NCBI GenBank assembly: GCA_949288035.1
Contig: CASEIJ010000048.1
Location: forward strand, 1 to 60,542
Length of the DNA stretch: 60,542 nucleotides
DNA from: an uncultured Mycoplasmatota bacterium
Lineage (GTDB): Bacteria; Bacillota_I; Bacilli_A; RF39; UBA660
Direction of reading: 5' to 3'
Of the stretch, positions 1 through 9,886 are shown in pieces; position 1 is the stretch's first letter; each line of letters opens with the position of its first letter. Below the pieces are notes generated by a model that was given only the letters and a program-made list of their open reading frames with translations, had not been told where the DNA came from and ran no database searches. Position numbers and translations under genes: made by a program.

Positions 1-1
1 C

Positions 2-238
2 TTTCAAGTTTTCTCATCTTATGTTGAAACCAGTGATTTTGATTATTTAAATTTAGAAAGTTATAATGGCCTTACTTGGTTAGAACATTTACAAAAACTA
101 AAAAATAAATCCCAATATCAAACGGATCTTTCATTGGAAGAAAATAAAAAAGTATTAGTGTTACAAACATGTAGTTTTGATACAAAGTATAAAAATTACC
201 GTCAAAAATATCGTGTTGTAGTAGCAATTGAACAATAA
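2..238 (+). CDS. srtB: Class B sortase, C-terminal fragment (5'-truncated by window edge)
   Basis: Hand translation of frame 2: FQVFSSYVETSDFDYL...VLVLQTCSFDTKY...RVVVAIEQ*; LQTCS matches the sortase TLxTC motif and F..FS.Y.....DY matches the SrtB family. Confidence 0.7.
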   Translation, partial: FQVFSSYVETSDFDYLNLESYNGLTWLEHLQKLKNKSQYQTDLSLEENKKVLVLQTCSFDTKYKNYRQKYRVVVAIEQ

Positions 239-283
239 TTATATGGACACTTTGAAAAATTCTCGCATATATTATGGTGAGGG

Positions 284-844
284 GTGAGTAAAGTGGCCAC
301 ATATAAAGAAATTGTAACAAAAGCTGTCATTGGGAAAGGGAAAAAATATTTTAAAAATAGTTATTCTTTAAAACCAGCTGATAAGCCTTCAAACGTTCTT
401 GGTTGTTGGGTGATTAATCATCAATTTAAAGGCTATAAGTCCGGAGAAAACGTAGGTGTGGATGGCTCTTTTGATGTAAATATTTGGTATTCTTATGAAA
501 ATGATAGTAAAACGACAGTTGTAAACAAAAAGATTGAATACAATGAAGCATTTCATGTAAAAACAAAAGAAAATACAAGTTTAACTGGCGATACAGATAT
601 TATTGTAAGAAGTTTAAAACAACCAACTTGTAATAATGTGCAAATAGATCAAGATGGTACCATTCATTTTGATATTGAAAAAGAATTAGGAGTAGAATTA
701 GTCGGTGAAACAAAAGTAAAAATTGCCATTGAAGATGATGAAGAACCATGGGAAGAGATAGAAGATGAACCAACGGAAGAAGTTATGAAGGAAATTGACA
801 ACCAAGTAAATGAAGATTATATCCATGAAAACACCAATGAATAA
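284..844 (+). CDS. cotE: Outer spore coat morphogenetic protein CotE
   Basis: YKEIVTKAVIGKGKK, LGCWVINH, G.FDVNIWYSY and acidic C-terminal tail match CotE; GTG start. Confidence 0.88.
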   Translation: MSKVATYKEIVTKAVIGKGKKYFKNSYSLKPADKPSNVLGCWVINHQFKGYKSGENVGVDGSFDVNIWYSYENDSKTTVVNKKIEYNEAFHVKTKENTSLTGDTDIIVRSLKQPTCNNVQIDQDGTIHFDIEKELGVELVGETKVKIAIEDDEEPWEEIEDEPTEEVMKEIDNQVNEDYIHENTNE

Positions 845-938
845 TTGGTGTTTTTATACATATATTTAACTGTCAACCAAAAATAGTTGACAATAAATGA
901 AGATTATGTTAGAATGATTACAGATTGGAGGGAATACT

Positions 939-1217
939 ATGGCAGTTAAATTAAGATTAAAGAGAATGGGTGCTAAGAAAAAACCATTTTATCGTGTTGT
1001 AGCAGCTGACTCTAGAGCAAAAAGAGATGGAAAAGTGATCGCTGAAGTTGGAACTTATAATCCATTAAAAAATCCTGCTGAAATTAACTTAAACAAAGAA
1101 GAAATTATGAAATGGTTAAGTAATGGAGCAGAACCTACTGATACTGTAAGAAACATCTTAAGCAAAGAAGGAATTTTAAAAGAATTCCACGAATCAAAAG
1201 CTAAGAAAGCAAACTAA
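939..1217 (+). CDS. rpsP: 30S ribosomal protein S16
   Basis: [26 protein letters not shown]...GTYNP. Confidence 0.98.
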   Translation: MAVKLRLKRMGAKKKPFYRVVAADSRAKRDGKVIAEVGTYNPLKNPAEINLNKEEIMKWLSNGAEPTDTVRNILSKEGILKEFHESKAKKAN

Positions 1218-1218
1218 A

Positions 1219-1464
1219 TTGGATTTCGTACCACTTACTGAATTTTTAGTAAAATCAGTTGTAAAAGAACCAGATATGGTTCGTGTAAAAGCTTTTGAGG
1301 ATGATGAAGACAAAGTCGTAATTGAAGTATTAGTAAGTCAAGAAGATATGGGACGTGTAATTGGAAGAAAAGGAGCAATTGCTAATGCAATTCGTACCAT
1401 TGTACAAGCTTCTAGTTACATCCATGAAAATAAGTTAATCACAATTAATATTGATTCATTTTAA
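1219..1464 (+). CDS. khpA: KH-domain RNA-binding protein KhpA/YlqC
   Basis: DMGRVIGRKG (GxxG loop); canonical position after rpsP. Confidence 0.92.
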   Translation: MDFVPLTEFLVKSVVKEPDMVRVKAFEDDEDKVVIEVLVSQEDMGRVIGRKGAIANAIRTIVQASSYIHENKLITINIDSF

Positions 1465-1494
1465 AGTAAGTTAGGATTTCCTAACTTATTTTTC
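1465..1494 (+). terminator. Intrinsic terminator of rpsP-khpA
   Basis: agtaagttagg-attt-cctaacttatt hairpin followed by T run. Confidence 0.75.
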
Positions 1495-1578
1495 AAATAA
1501 ATGTCTAATAGAAAGTAAATGATTCATTTTCTCACATATTTTTGAAACATCTATGATAAAATAAAAATAGAAAGGAAA

Positions 1579-2271
1579 ATGTCTATGGCAAAGAAAAAGG
1601 AAAAGAAAAAAGTAACAAAAAAACCGGTTAAAGTAGAAAATGCGCGTTCTATGAAATTTGCTTTGATTGTTATTTTAATCATTGGTGGATTATATTTAAT
1701 TAGTCCTGAAAAACAAAAAGAAGAAATTAAAGAAGTAATCCCATCTGTACATGAAACAGAAACAATTGCTTTAACGGATGATATCAAAAAAGAATATGAA
1801 GATTGGATTAAAAATATGAACGATGGGTTAGGTGCAATTAGTACTGGTACTTTAAAAGAAGTAAGTGATGAAAATAAATTAAAGTTTTTATTAATTCATA
1901 TTAAAAATACAAATCCATCCCAAACTTATCCATTAAAAGAAGGAAGTCCAATTACATGTATTAATAAAGATCAAGCCAATACTCTGATTGCTACTTATTT
2001 TGCCAATGCATTTTCCGATGTTTCTATTTTACAATATCAAGAGGGAGAAAGTTATCAAACACCATTTAAAACAGATACAGGTTATTGTTATCAGATTACA
2101 GAAGATGATTTAAATATTACGCTTCCAACGACTTTAACGAATATGAAATTAGATAAAGAAACCAATATTTATACATTAACCTTTATATCAGAAAATTCTA
2201 ATACTGTTTTAACATTAACCCTTAAAATTAGAAATAATATGAAATTGATTCAAGAAATTTCTTATTTATAA
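1579..2271 (+). CDS. Hypothetical membrane-anchored protein
   Basis: Lys-rich N-terminus, one TM helix (FALIVILIIGGLYLI), soluble C-terminal domain; no family recognised. Confidence 0.6.
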   Translation: MSMAKKKEKKKVTKKPVKVENARSMKFALIVILIIGGLYLISPEKQKEEIKEVIPSVHETETIALTDDIKKEYEDWIKNMNDGLGAISTGTLKEVSDENKLKFLLIHIKNTNPSQTYPLKEGSPITCINKDQANTLIATYFANAFSDVSILQYQEGESYQTPFKTDTGYCYQITEDDLNITLPTTLTNMKLDKETNIYTLTFISENSNTVLTLTLKIRNNMKLIQEISYL

Positions 2272-2304
2272 AAACGGAAATATCCGTTTTTTTTATGTCA
2301 ACTA

Positions 2305-2333
2305 TTGAACAGATGTTCGCTATTTGTTATAAT
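2305..2333 (+). promoter_or_regulatory. sigmaA promoter overlapped by a Gram-positive LexA (Cheo/SOS) box
   Basis: TTGAAC(2305-10)-17 nt-TATAAT(2328-33); GAAC-AGAT-GTTC at 2307-2318 fits GAAC-N4-GTTC. Confidence 0.7.
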
Positions 2334-2395
2334 GAAATTACAATCACTATTTATGGTTTAAATATGATAGAATAGATAAAGAAGGATGTGTTAGT

Positions 2396-4774
2396 ATGAC
2401 GAAGTTAATTCTGGCAACGATAGAAGAAAAATACCGTATTCTAAAACAATATGAACAACAACAAACATTAGATGATTTTAAATTTATATCACTTGCTGAT
2501 TTGATGGAACTGTTTTATGGTACTTATCGGGATGATTATTTATTAGAAATGTATAAGAGGGGGTATTTACCAAGTGTAGCGAGTGATTTAAAAAATATAT
2601 TGTGGTTTGTCCAGACTGGAAAAAGTGGGAAAATCGAAAAACTATATCAATTACAACAAGAATTGATTGAACAAAATATTATGATACCATCTACTTATCA
2701 AAAAATATATTTAAAAAAACAACAACTTATCATATGTGGTGAAATGAAATATCAAATACCAACTCATATTTTAAATGATTTAGAAAAAGAAGGAATTATC
2801 ATTCAGTATCAAGAAGATATCATATGTAAAGAAGCAATTTCTTATACAGAGTTTTCTGATATTCGTGAAGAATTAAGTACGGTATGTCTAGATATATTAA
2901 AGATGCGTCAAGAAGATGTTTTACTAGATCAAATCCATATTTGTAATGTCTCATCAGATTACTTAGGTTTTTGTATTCATTTATTAGAATTATTTCAAAT
3001 CCCATATACAGTAAAAGAACAATCATCTATTTATTCTTTACCACTGATTCAAGACTTTTTAAAACAGATAGAAATACAAGACGGTTCTATCCAAGAGATC
3101 GAAGAATTGATTCAGAAAGTGATTGTTAAAAATGAAGTAGAGCAAGATGCATTAGAAAAACTAGCACGTATTTATGGAAAATACCGTCATAGTGATACAT
3201 CTATTTCTATATTTTTACCAGTACTCATTTACGAATTAAAACATCTTTATTTAAAACCTACATTCGAAAAAAATGCCGTAACAGTTGATACATCATTAGA
3301 AAGTTATGGAAGTCAAGATGTATATTATGTCGTTGGTTTCAATCAAGAAACAATGCCCCCGGTATCTTTAGATTTAGATTATATAAGTGATGATGAAAAA
3401 AGAGAAATTGGCTTTATGGATACAACTACCAAAAATGAGCGTAATAAACAAAAAGTACTTACTTATTTACAAAGTAAAGAAAAGTTATGGATTAGTTATG
3501 CGAAAGGAAGTTCATTTGCTAATTTTGAACCTTCTCCTTTGTTAGAAGTATTAAAACAAACGAGAAAGATAGAAGTAAAAGAAAAAGAATCTATCTATCA
3601 AAATCAAGCTTATAATCGTTATTTACTAGCCCGTAGTTTAGATACTTATTATAAATATCAAGAAAAAACAGATGATTTTCACGCTTTATTTCAACACACA
3701 TTTATCGAAGATTATCAATCTTATCAAAATCAATATCAAGCAGTAAACGAAGATTATTTAAAAGAATATGTAAAAGGGGAAATGACACTTTCTTATTCTT
3801 CTATGGATACATTTTTTCACTGTCCTTTTCGTTTTTATTTAAAACATATTTTAAAAGTACCAGAAAAACCAACAGGGAAAGCAACCATGATAGGAACTTT
3901 CTTTCATGAAGTGTTATCTAAATTGTACCAAGAAGAAGAGATCGATATATGTATTGAAACATCCATTCACGAAGTAGATACATTTACCAAAGAAGAACAA
4001 TTTTATTTAGAAAAATATAAAAAAGAGTTAAAAGAAATTTGTACTTATTTAAAAAAGGAATTAGAACGAACAGAGTTTGAAGCAAAATACTTTGAAAAAG
4101 AATTTGAAATAGAGTTAGATGAAAAAGTAAAAATTCGTTTCATGGGAGTCATTGATAAAATCATGACTTTTACAGATGATGAAAATACTTATGTGATTGT
4201 AATTGATTATAAAACTGGTAATACTAAGTTAGATTATAATAAAGTAATCTATGGATTGGATATGCAATTACTAACATATTTATATTTTTTAAAACACCAT
4301 CCAGTGTTTCAAAATATGAAAGTAGCAGGATTTTATCTACAACATATTCTTCCATCTGTTATGAATTATGATGAAAAGAAAAGTTATGCATTACAAAAAG
4401 AACAATTTTATCAGCTAGATGGTTATACAAGAAATGAAATTTCATTATTACACCATTTAGATCAACACTATTTAGATGGTGGCATGGTAAGAAGTTTACG
4501 TGTCACAAAAAATAATACTTTTTATTCCACTGCCAAAGTCATCGATGAGGAAACATTAAATAAATTATTAGAAATTGTCGATGACAATATTCATACGGTT
4601 GTAGAAGCAATTCAAGAGGCTGATTTTAAAATCGCACCAATTCAAATAGGTAATGAGAAAAAAGAAGATGCAACAGGTTGTATGTACTGTCAATACTATG
4701 ATATTTGTTTTAAAAAAGCAAATGATTATAAAACAGTAAAAGAATATAAGAATTTAGAATTTTTAGATGTATAG
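2396..4774 (+). CDS. addB: AddB/RexB-like helicase-nuclease subunit (PD-(D/E)XK)
   Basis: SYSSMDTFFHCPFRFYL, GVIDKI, IIDYKTG-like VIDYKTG, CMYCQYYDIC (four Cys of the Fe-S staple); directly upstream of addA. Confidence 0.85.
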   Translation: MTKLILATIEEKYRILKQYEQQQTLDDFKFISLADLMELFYGTYRDDYLLEMYKRGYLPSVASDLKNILWFVQTGKSGKIEKLYQLQQELIEQNIMIPSTYQKIYLKKQQLIICGEMKYQIPTHILNDLEKEGIIIQYQEDIICKEAISYTEFSDIREELSTVCLDILKMRQEDVLLDQIHICNVSSDYLGFCIHLLELFQIPYTVKEQSSIYSLPLIQDFLKQIEIQDGSIQEIEELIQKVIVKNEVEQDALEKLARIYGKYRHSDTSISIFLPVLIYELKHLYLKPTFEKNAVTVDTSLESYGSQDVYYVVGFNQETMPPVSLDLDYISDDEKREIGFMDTTTKNERNKQKVLTYLQSKEKLWISYAKGSSFANFEPSPLLEVLKQTRKIEVKEKESIYQNQAYNRYLLARSLDTYYKYQEKTDDFHALFQHTFIEDYQSYQNQYQAVNEDYLKEYVKGEMTLSYSSMDTFFHCPFRFYLKHILKVPEKPTGKATMIGTFFHEVLSKLYQEEEIDICIETSIHEVDTFTKEEQFYLEKYKKELKEICTYLKKELERTEFEAKYFEKEFEIELDEKVKIRFMGVIDKIMTFTDDENTYVIVIDYKTGNTKLDYNKVIYGLDMQLLTYLYFLKHHPVFQNMKVAGFYLQHILPSVMNYDEKKSYALQKEQFYQLDGYTRNEISLLHHLDQHYLDGGMVRSLRVTKNNTFYSTAKVIDEETLNKLLEIVDDNIHTVVEAIQEADFKIAPIQIGNEKKEDATGCMYCQYYDICFKKANDYKTVKEYKNLEFLDV

Positions 4775-4783
4775 AATCGAGAG

Positions 4784-7700
4784 GTGAGAACAGTGAAACA
4801 AAAACCAGCAAATAGTACATGGACAGATGGACAATGGGAAGCAATTGCCACAAGAGATACTTCAATTTTAGTAAGTGCGGGTGCAGGGAGTGGAAAAACA
4901 GCAGTTTTAACAGAACGTATTCTAGAAATATTAAAAGAAGGACATTCTATTTTAGATTTAATTGTTTTGACATTTACCAATGCTGCAGCAAAAGAAATGA
5001 AAGACCGTGTGAAAAAGAAATTATTAGAGGCAATTCCCAATGGATATCCTAAGTTACAAAAAGAATTACAACTATTAGATCTAGCAAGTATCTGTACGTT
5101 TGATAGTTTTAGTTTAAACCTAGTCAAAAAATATCACTACTTGCTTGGAATTGAGAAAGATGTATCGATTGGAGATGGAATTTTGATCGAAACATTAAAG
5201 CAAGAAAGTATTGATGAAACATTTCAAGAATTTTATGAACAAAGTAATTCTGAATTCTTAAAATTATTAGATACATTTACTGTAAAAGATGACACAAAAG
5301 TTCGTAAGATAATTTTAAACCTTGCTAATTCATTGACAAGTCGTATTCATATTGAACAAGAACTAGAAGATTGTTATCAAAATTGTAATAGAAGTGAAAT
5401 TCAAAAACAATTAGATCAATATATCAAAGAGATTCAAAAACAAGTAAAAGTAGTTACAGAAGACATCAATCAAAGTTTAGAAAATGCTCCAGAACCATTG
5501 TTACCGATATTAGAACAATTGAAGACGGAAATGGAAACTCATCAAAATACATATGAAGAAATTGCTTCTGTCTTTCACACTATCAAATTACCATCGTTAC
5601 CACGCTCTAAAGAAATTGATGATGATATCAAAGATAGAATGAAAGAAATCTATCAAAATATAAAAAAGCAGATTCAAGAAATTACGAGTCTTTGTGTCTA
5701 TCCAAATCAGGAATCATATATCGAAGAAGTGTTAAAAACAAAAGAAACAATTGGTATTTTAAAAGATATATTAAAAGTTTATTTTGAAAAATTATTGCAG
5801 AAGAAAAAGAAACAAAACATATATGAATTTCACGATATTGGACGTTTTGCAATCCAACTGTTAGAAGAACATGAAGATATTAGAACATATTATCAGAATC
5901 ATATTTATGAAATCATGATTGACGAGTATCAAGATACGAACGATATTGGAACCTACTTCGTATCAATGATTGAAAATAATAATGTATATACGGTTGGAGA
6001 TGTAAAGCAATCTATTTATCGCTTTAGAAATGCCAACCCTAACATATTTATGAATAAGTTTTATCATTATCAAAAAAATGAGGGTGGTAAATTAATTACA
6101 CTTTCTAAAAACTTTCGCTCTAGAAAAGAAGTCGTTGATGCGATTAACTTTATTTTTCAAGCGATTATGGATGAGAAAGTAGGGGGAGTTCATTATTTTA
6201 ATCAAGAAGAGATGATTTTTGGAAATCTTTCTTATGAAAAAGTAAAAGATCAAAATACCAATTATGAGATTGAAGTATTAGATTATTCATATCAAGAAAG
6301 TGAAGAGGCAAAAAGATATCGCAAAGAAGAAATAGAAGCGTTTATGATTGCGAAAGATATTAAAAAGCGAATCATGAATCATGAAATGATTCAAGACAAA
6401 GGGCAATTGAGACCTGTCACTTATTCTGATTTTGCGATATTACAAGATCGTAAAACAAATTTTGACTTATATAAAACGATTTTTACCTATTTAGGAATTC
6501 CAATTATGATTCATAAAGAAGAATCATTTTATGCGACGGATGTTATTTATACAGTGAAAAGTATTATCCAATTAATTGATTGTATCGTAAGAAGAAAAGA
6601 TAGTAAAGAAGCTGTTCTTCATCCATTTTTATCGCTTTCTCGCTCTTTTGTAGGCGGTTTTAGTGATGATAGTATCTTCCGTTTATTAAACCGTTCTAAG
6701 AAAGAGAAAAGAACTATTTTTCAATGTATGCAGGATGAAAGTGATTTTAATCTTTTATATGAGCAATTAAATGAGCTTGCTAATTACTCTAAAACACATA
6801 CAATCTCCTCCTTGATGAGAGAAATATATCACACGTTTCAATTGTTTGATGCTGTCATTCAATTAGGAGATGTAGAACTAAATAGTGATAAATTAGTATT
6901 TCTTTTAAATTTATCTAAAACACTAGAACAAAATGGCTATGATTTAAGAAAATTAGTAACTTATTTTGAACAGTTAGATATGAATACATTAGATGTAAGT
7001 TTTGATGTCAAAAAGGAAAGTAATGTCGATGCAGTGAATTTGATGACAATTCATAAATCCAAAGGATTAGAATTTCCTATCTGTTATTTTTCAGGTCTTA
7101 CGAAGTTATTCTCTAAAGCAGATACCAAAGAACGTTTCTTATATCAAAAAGATTTTGGGATGATCGTCCCATACTTTGAGGATGGAATTCGCGAAACATT
7201 TTATAAAAAATTATTTATTGCTAAAAATGATTTAGATGATATTTCAGAAAAAATACGTGTATTTTATGTTGCTCTTACAAGAGCCAAGGAAAAAATTATT
7301 TTAGTAGCTCCACTTAGTGATGCCAAAGAAATAACTCCTTTTATTCAAATTGTACCGGAGAAAATTCGTAAACATTATAAGAGTCTATATGATATCGTTG
7401 CATCATTAAAAGAGTTATTCACACCATATACGACCCATATTTTATTAGAACAATTACAATTAACTAAAGAATATGATCAAAGTCATTTTGAAGTGTTAGA
7501 TACAAAAGTAGTAACCCCATTTTCCGATTTATTATCTATTCATGAAGAAAAAGAAAGCATGACCCATTCTACATTTTCTCATAAATCAACTACCATTTCT
7601 TTTGAAGATATGGATAAAATGGAAATAGGAACCAAAATGCATCAATACTTAGAAATGATGGATTTTCACCATCCTGAAGAAAGTTTTGCTTATTTAAATT

Positions 7701-8020
7701 TAAGTGCATTTGAAGAGAAAAAAATAAAAGCTTTCCTCCAAACAGATTTTATGAAAGATGTGAGTCAATATCAAGTATTTCACGAGTATGAATTTATCTG
7801 TACAACAGATGAAGGGGAGAGTAATGGAATTATCGACTTACTATTAGTAGGAGAGAAAGATGCAATGATTGTCGATTATAAATTAAAAGAGATTCATAAA
7901 GAAGAATATCAAAAACAAGTAAGAGGATATATGAATTATATAAAAGCAAAATTAAATATTCCAGTATCTGGATATTTATATTCTATCTTAGATGAAACAT
8001 ATCTTTCTGTAGAACAGTAA
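4784..8020 (+). CDS. addA: ATP-dependent helicase/nuclease subunit A
   Basis: SAGAGSGKT, LTFTNAAAKEM, IDEYQD, VGDVKQSIYRFR, NFRS, MTIHKSKGLEF, FYVALTRA, C-terminal GIIDLL/IVDYK nuclease. Confidence 0.95.
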   Translation: MRTVKQKPANSTWTDGQWEAIATRDTSILVSAGAGSGKTAVLTERILEILKEGHSILDLIVLTFTNAAAKEMKDRVKKKLLEAIPNGYPKLQKELQLLDLASICTFDSFSLNLVKKYHYLLGIEKDVSIGDGILIETLKQESIDETFQEFYEQSNSEFLKLLDTFTVKDDTKVRKIILNLANSLTSRIHIEQELEDCYQNCNRSEIQKQLDQYIKEIQKQVKVVTEDINQSLENAPEPLLPILEQLKTEMETHQNTYEEIASVFHTIKLPSLPRSKEIDDDIKDRMKEIYQNIKKQIQEITSLCVYPNQESYIEEVLKTKETIGILKDILKVYFEKLLQKKKKQNIYEFHDIGRFAIQLLEEHEDIRTYYQNHIYEIMIDEYQDTNDIGTYFVSMIENNNVYTVGDVKQSIYRFRNANPNIFMNKFYHYQKNEGGKLITLSKNFRSRKEVVDAINFIFQAIMDEKVGGVHYFNQEEMIFGNLSYEKVKDQNTNYEIEVLDYSYQESEEAKRYRKEEIEAFMIAKDIKKRIMNHEMIQDKGQLRPVTYSDFAILQDRKTNFDLYKTIFTYLGIPIMIHKEESFYATDVIYTVKSIIQLIDCIVRRKDSKEAVLHPFLSLSRSFVGGFSDDSIFRLLNRSKKEKRTIFQCMQDESDFNLLYEQLNELANYSKTHTISSLMREIYHTFQLFDAVIQLGDVELNSDKLVFLLNLSKTLEQNGYDLRKLVTYFEQLDMNTLDVSFDVKKESNVDAVNLMTIHKSKGLEFPICYFSGLTKLFSKADTKERFLYQKDFGMIVPYFEDGIRETFYKKLFIAKNDLDDISEKIRVFYVALTRAKEKIILVAPLSDAKEITPFIQIVPEKIRKHYKSLYDIVASLKELFTPYTTHILLEQLQLTKEYDQSHFEVLDTKVVTPFSDLLSIHEEKESMTHSTFSHKSTTISFEDMDKMEIGTKMHQYLEMMDFHHPEESFAYLNLSAFEEKKIKAFLQTDFMKDVSQYQVFHEYEFICTTDEGESNGIIDLLLVGEKDAMIVDYKLKEIHKEEYQKQVRGYMNYIKAKLNIPVSGYLYSILDETYLSVEQ

Positions 8021-8115
8021 TGATACTGTTCTTTCTTCGAAAATAGACAACTTTTAAAATATTTGATATAATGTTTAAGTCTTTTAACATGAAAAAAAGA
8101 AAGGAGAGATTATTT

Positions 8116-9762
8116 TTGAGTAAAATAAAAATATTTAGTCTTGGTGGATTAAATGAAAATGGTAAAAATATGTATATTGTAGAAGTCGACCAAGATATTT
8201 TTGTATTTGATGCCGGGTTAAAAAATGCAGATGATAATATGCTAGGTGTAGATTATATTTTACCGAATTATGACTATTTAAAAGAGAATATAGACCATGT
8301 CAAAGGGGTATTTATTACCCATGGACATGATGAACAATTAGGGGCATTACCAGATATTTTAAAAGATTTACCAAATCTAAAAATATATGGAACCAAATTT
8401 ACACTAGAAATATTAAAAGAAGAGTTAGATAATTCAGAAATAAAAACCGCAAAATTAATTGAAATTAAAGCACATCGTAAAATTAATTTTGGAAAGAATA
8501 GTGTATTTCCAATTAGTTTAAGTCATTCTGTACCAGATACAGTAGGATATGTTTTAAATACCGATCAAGGTGCAATTGTTTATACAGGAAACTTTATGTT
8601 TGATCCTAGTATGGTAGGTAATTATCAAACTGATATTGGAAAACTTGCTTATATTGGTAAAAAAGGTGTTTTATGTTTAATGAGTGAATCCTTATATGCA
8701 CCAAGAAAAGGTTTTACTTCTCCACAACACCGTATTCAATCTCTTGTAAATGAGACATTGTATAAATATGAAGGCAGAGTTATTTTCCATGTTTCAAGTA
8801 CACAATTATATCGTATTCAAGAAATATTTAATTCTATCATGGATACCGATCGTAATATCGTAATTATGGGAAGACATTTAGAACATTTAATTCATACAGC
8901 CATTGATCAACACTATATGTCATTTGATAAATCACGTATTCAAAATTTAAAACATTTAAATGATAAAAATATTTTAGTATTAGTATCTGATGAAAGAGAA
9001 AAACCATATTCTAATATCAAACGTATTTTAAGAGGCTATGATAAGTTCTTAAAATTAACGGATAAAGATACCATTGTATTCGCATCTCCTGTATATGAGG
9101 GAATGGAAAGAACCGTTGCGAAAATATTTGATAATATATCTAAAATTGGTGCGAATTTCGTAGAAGTATCAGGGAAAAAATACTTAGACCAACATGCTTC
9201 TTCAGAAGATTTAATGATGATGATTTCATTAATGCAACCAAAATATTATTTTCCAGTGATTGGAGAATATCGTCATCAAGTAGAAAATGCGAAAGTCGCT
9301 CTTCAAGTGGGAATGAATGAAGAAAATATTTTATTAAAATTAAATGGACAAATCGCAACATTTATCGATGGAAAATTAATTGATAAAAATGAATCTGTAA
9401 AAGTAGATGATATTTTAGTAGATGGTAAAACAGTAGGAGATGTTGGAGAACTTGTATTAAAAGATCGTGAACTATTAAGTGATAATGGAATTGTGATTGT
9501 CAGTGCTACCATTGATCGTATTACAAAACAAATTTTAGCTGGTCCAGAAATTTTAACCCGTGGTTTTATTTATGTAAAAGATAATATTGATTTAATTAAA
9601 GAAGCAGAAAAGATTTCTTTAGAAGTAATCAATGAGAATACAAAACCAAATTATATTGAATTTAATAAAATCAAATCTGGTATTCGTGATAAGTTAGGTA
9701 AATACTTATACCAAGAAACAGAATGTAAACCGATGATTTTAATTGTCGTTCAAGAAGTTTAA
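8116..9762 (+). CDS. rnjB: Ribonuclease J (J2-like)
   Basis: LGGLNENGKNMY, FITHGHDEQ (J2-type degenerate HxHxDH), RGFIYVK; TTG start with AAGGAG RBS (ORF track starts at 8071). Confidence 0.88.
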   Translation: MSKIKIFSLGGLNENGKNMYIVEVDQDIFVFDAGLKNADDNMLGVDYILPNYDYLKENIDHVKGVFITHGHDEQLGALPDILKDLPNLKIYGTKFTLEILKEELDNSEIKTAKLIEIKAHRKINFGKNSVFPISLSHSVPDTVGYVLNTDQGAIVYTGNFMFDPSMVGNYQTDIGKLAYIGKKGVLCLMSESLYAPRKGFTSPQHRIQSLVNETLYKYEGRVIFHVSSTQLYRIQEIFNSIMDTDRNIVIMGRHLEHLIHTAIDQHYMSFDKSRIQNLKHLNDKNILVLVSDEREKPYSNIKRILRGYDKFLKLTDKDTIVFASPVYEGMERTVAKIFDNISKIGANFVEVSGKKYLDQHASSEDLMMMISLMQPKYYFPVIGEYRHQVENAKVALQVGMNEENILLKLNGQIATFIDGKLIDKNESVKVDDILVDGKTVGDVGELVLKDRELLSDNGIVIVSATIDRITKQILAGPEILTRGFIYVKDNIDLIKEAEKISLEVINENTKPNYIEFNKIKSGIRDKLGKYLYQETECKPMILIVVQEV

Positions 9763-9886
9763 AAGCAATAGAACGCGCTATTGCTTTTTATTTTGCTATC
9801 TTTTTCTCATAACCAATACAATTGTACGATAGGTCTTTTAGATGGTATGGAAATGTGTTATAATACACAAGGAAGTTGGTGATAAA

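Noticed and set aside
871-892. Inverted repeat tgtcaac-N8-gttgaca upstream of rpsP
   Set aside because: One arm is simply the TTGACA -35 box; no known operator match.
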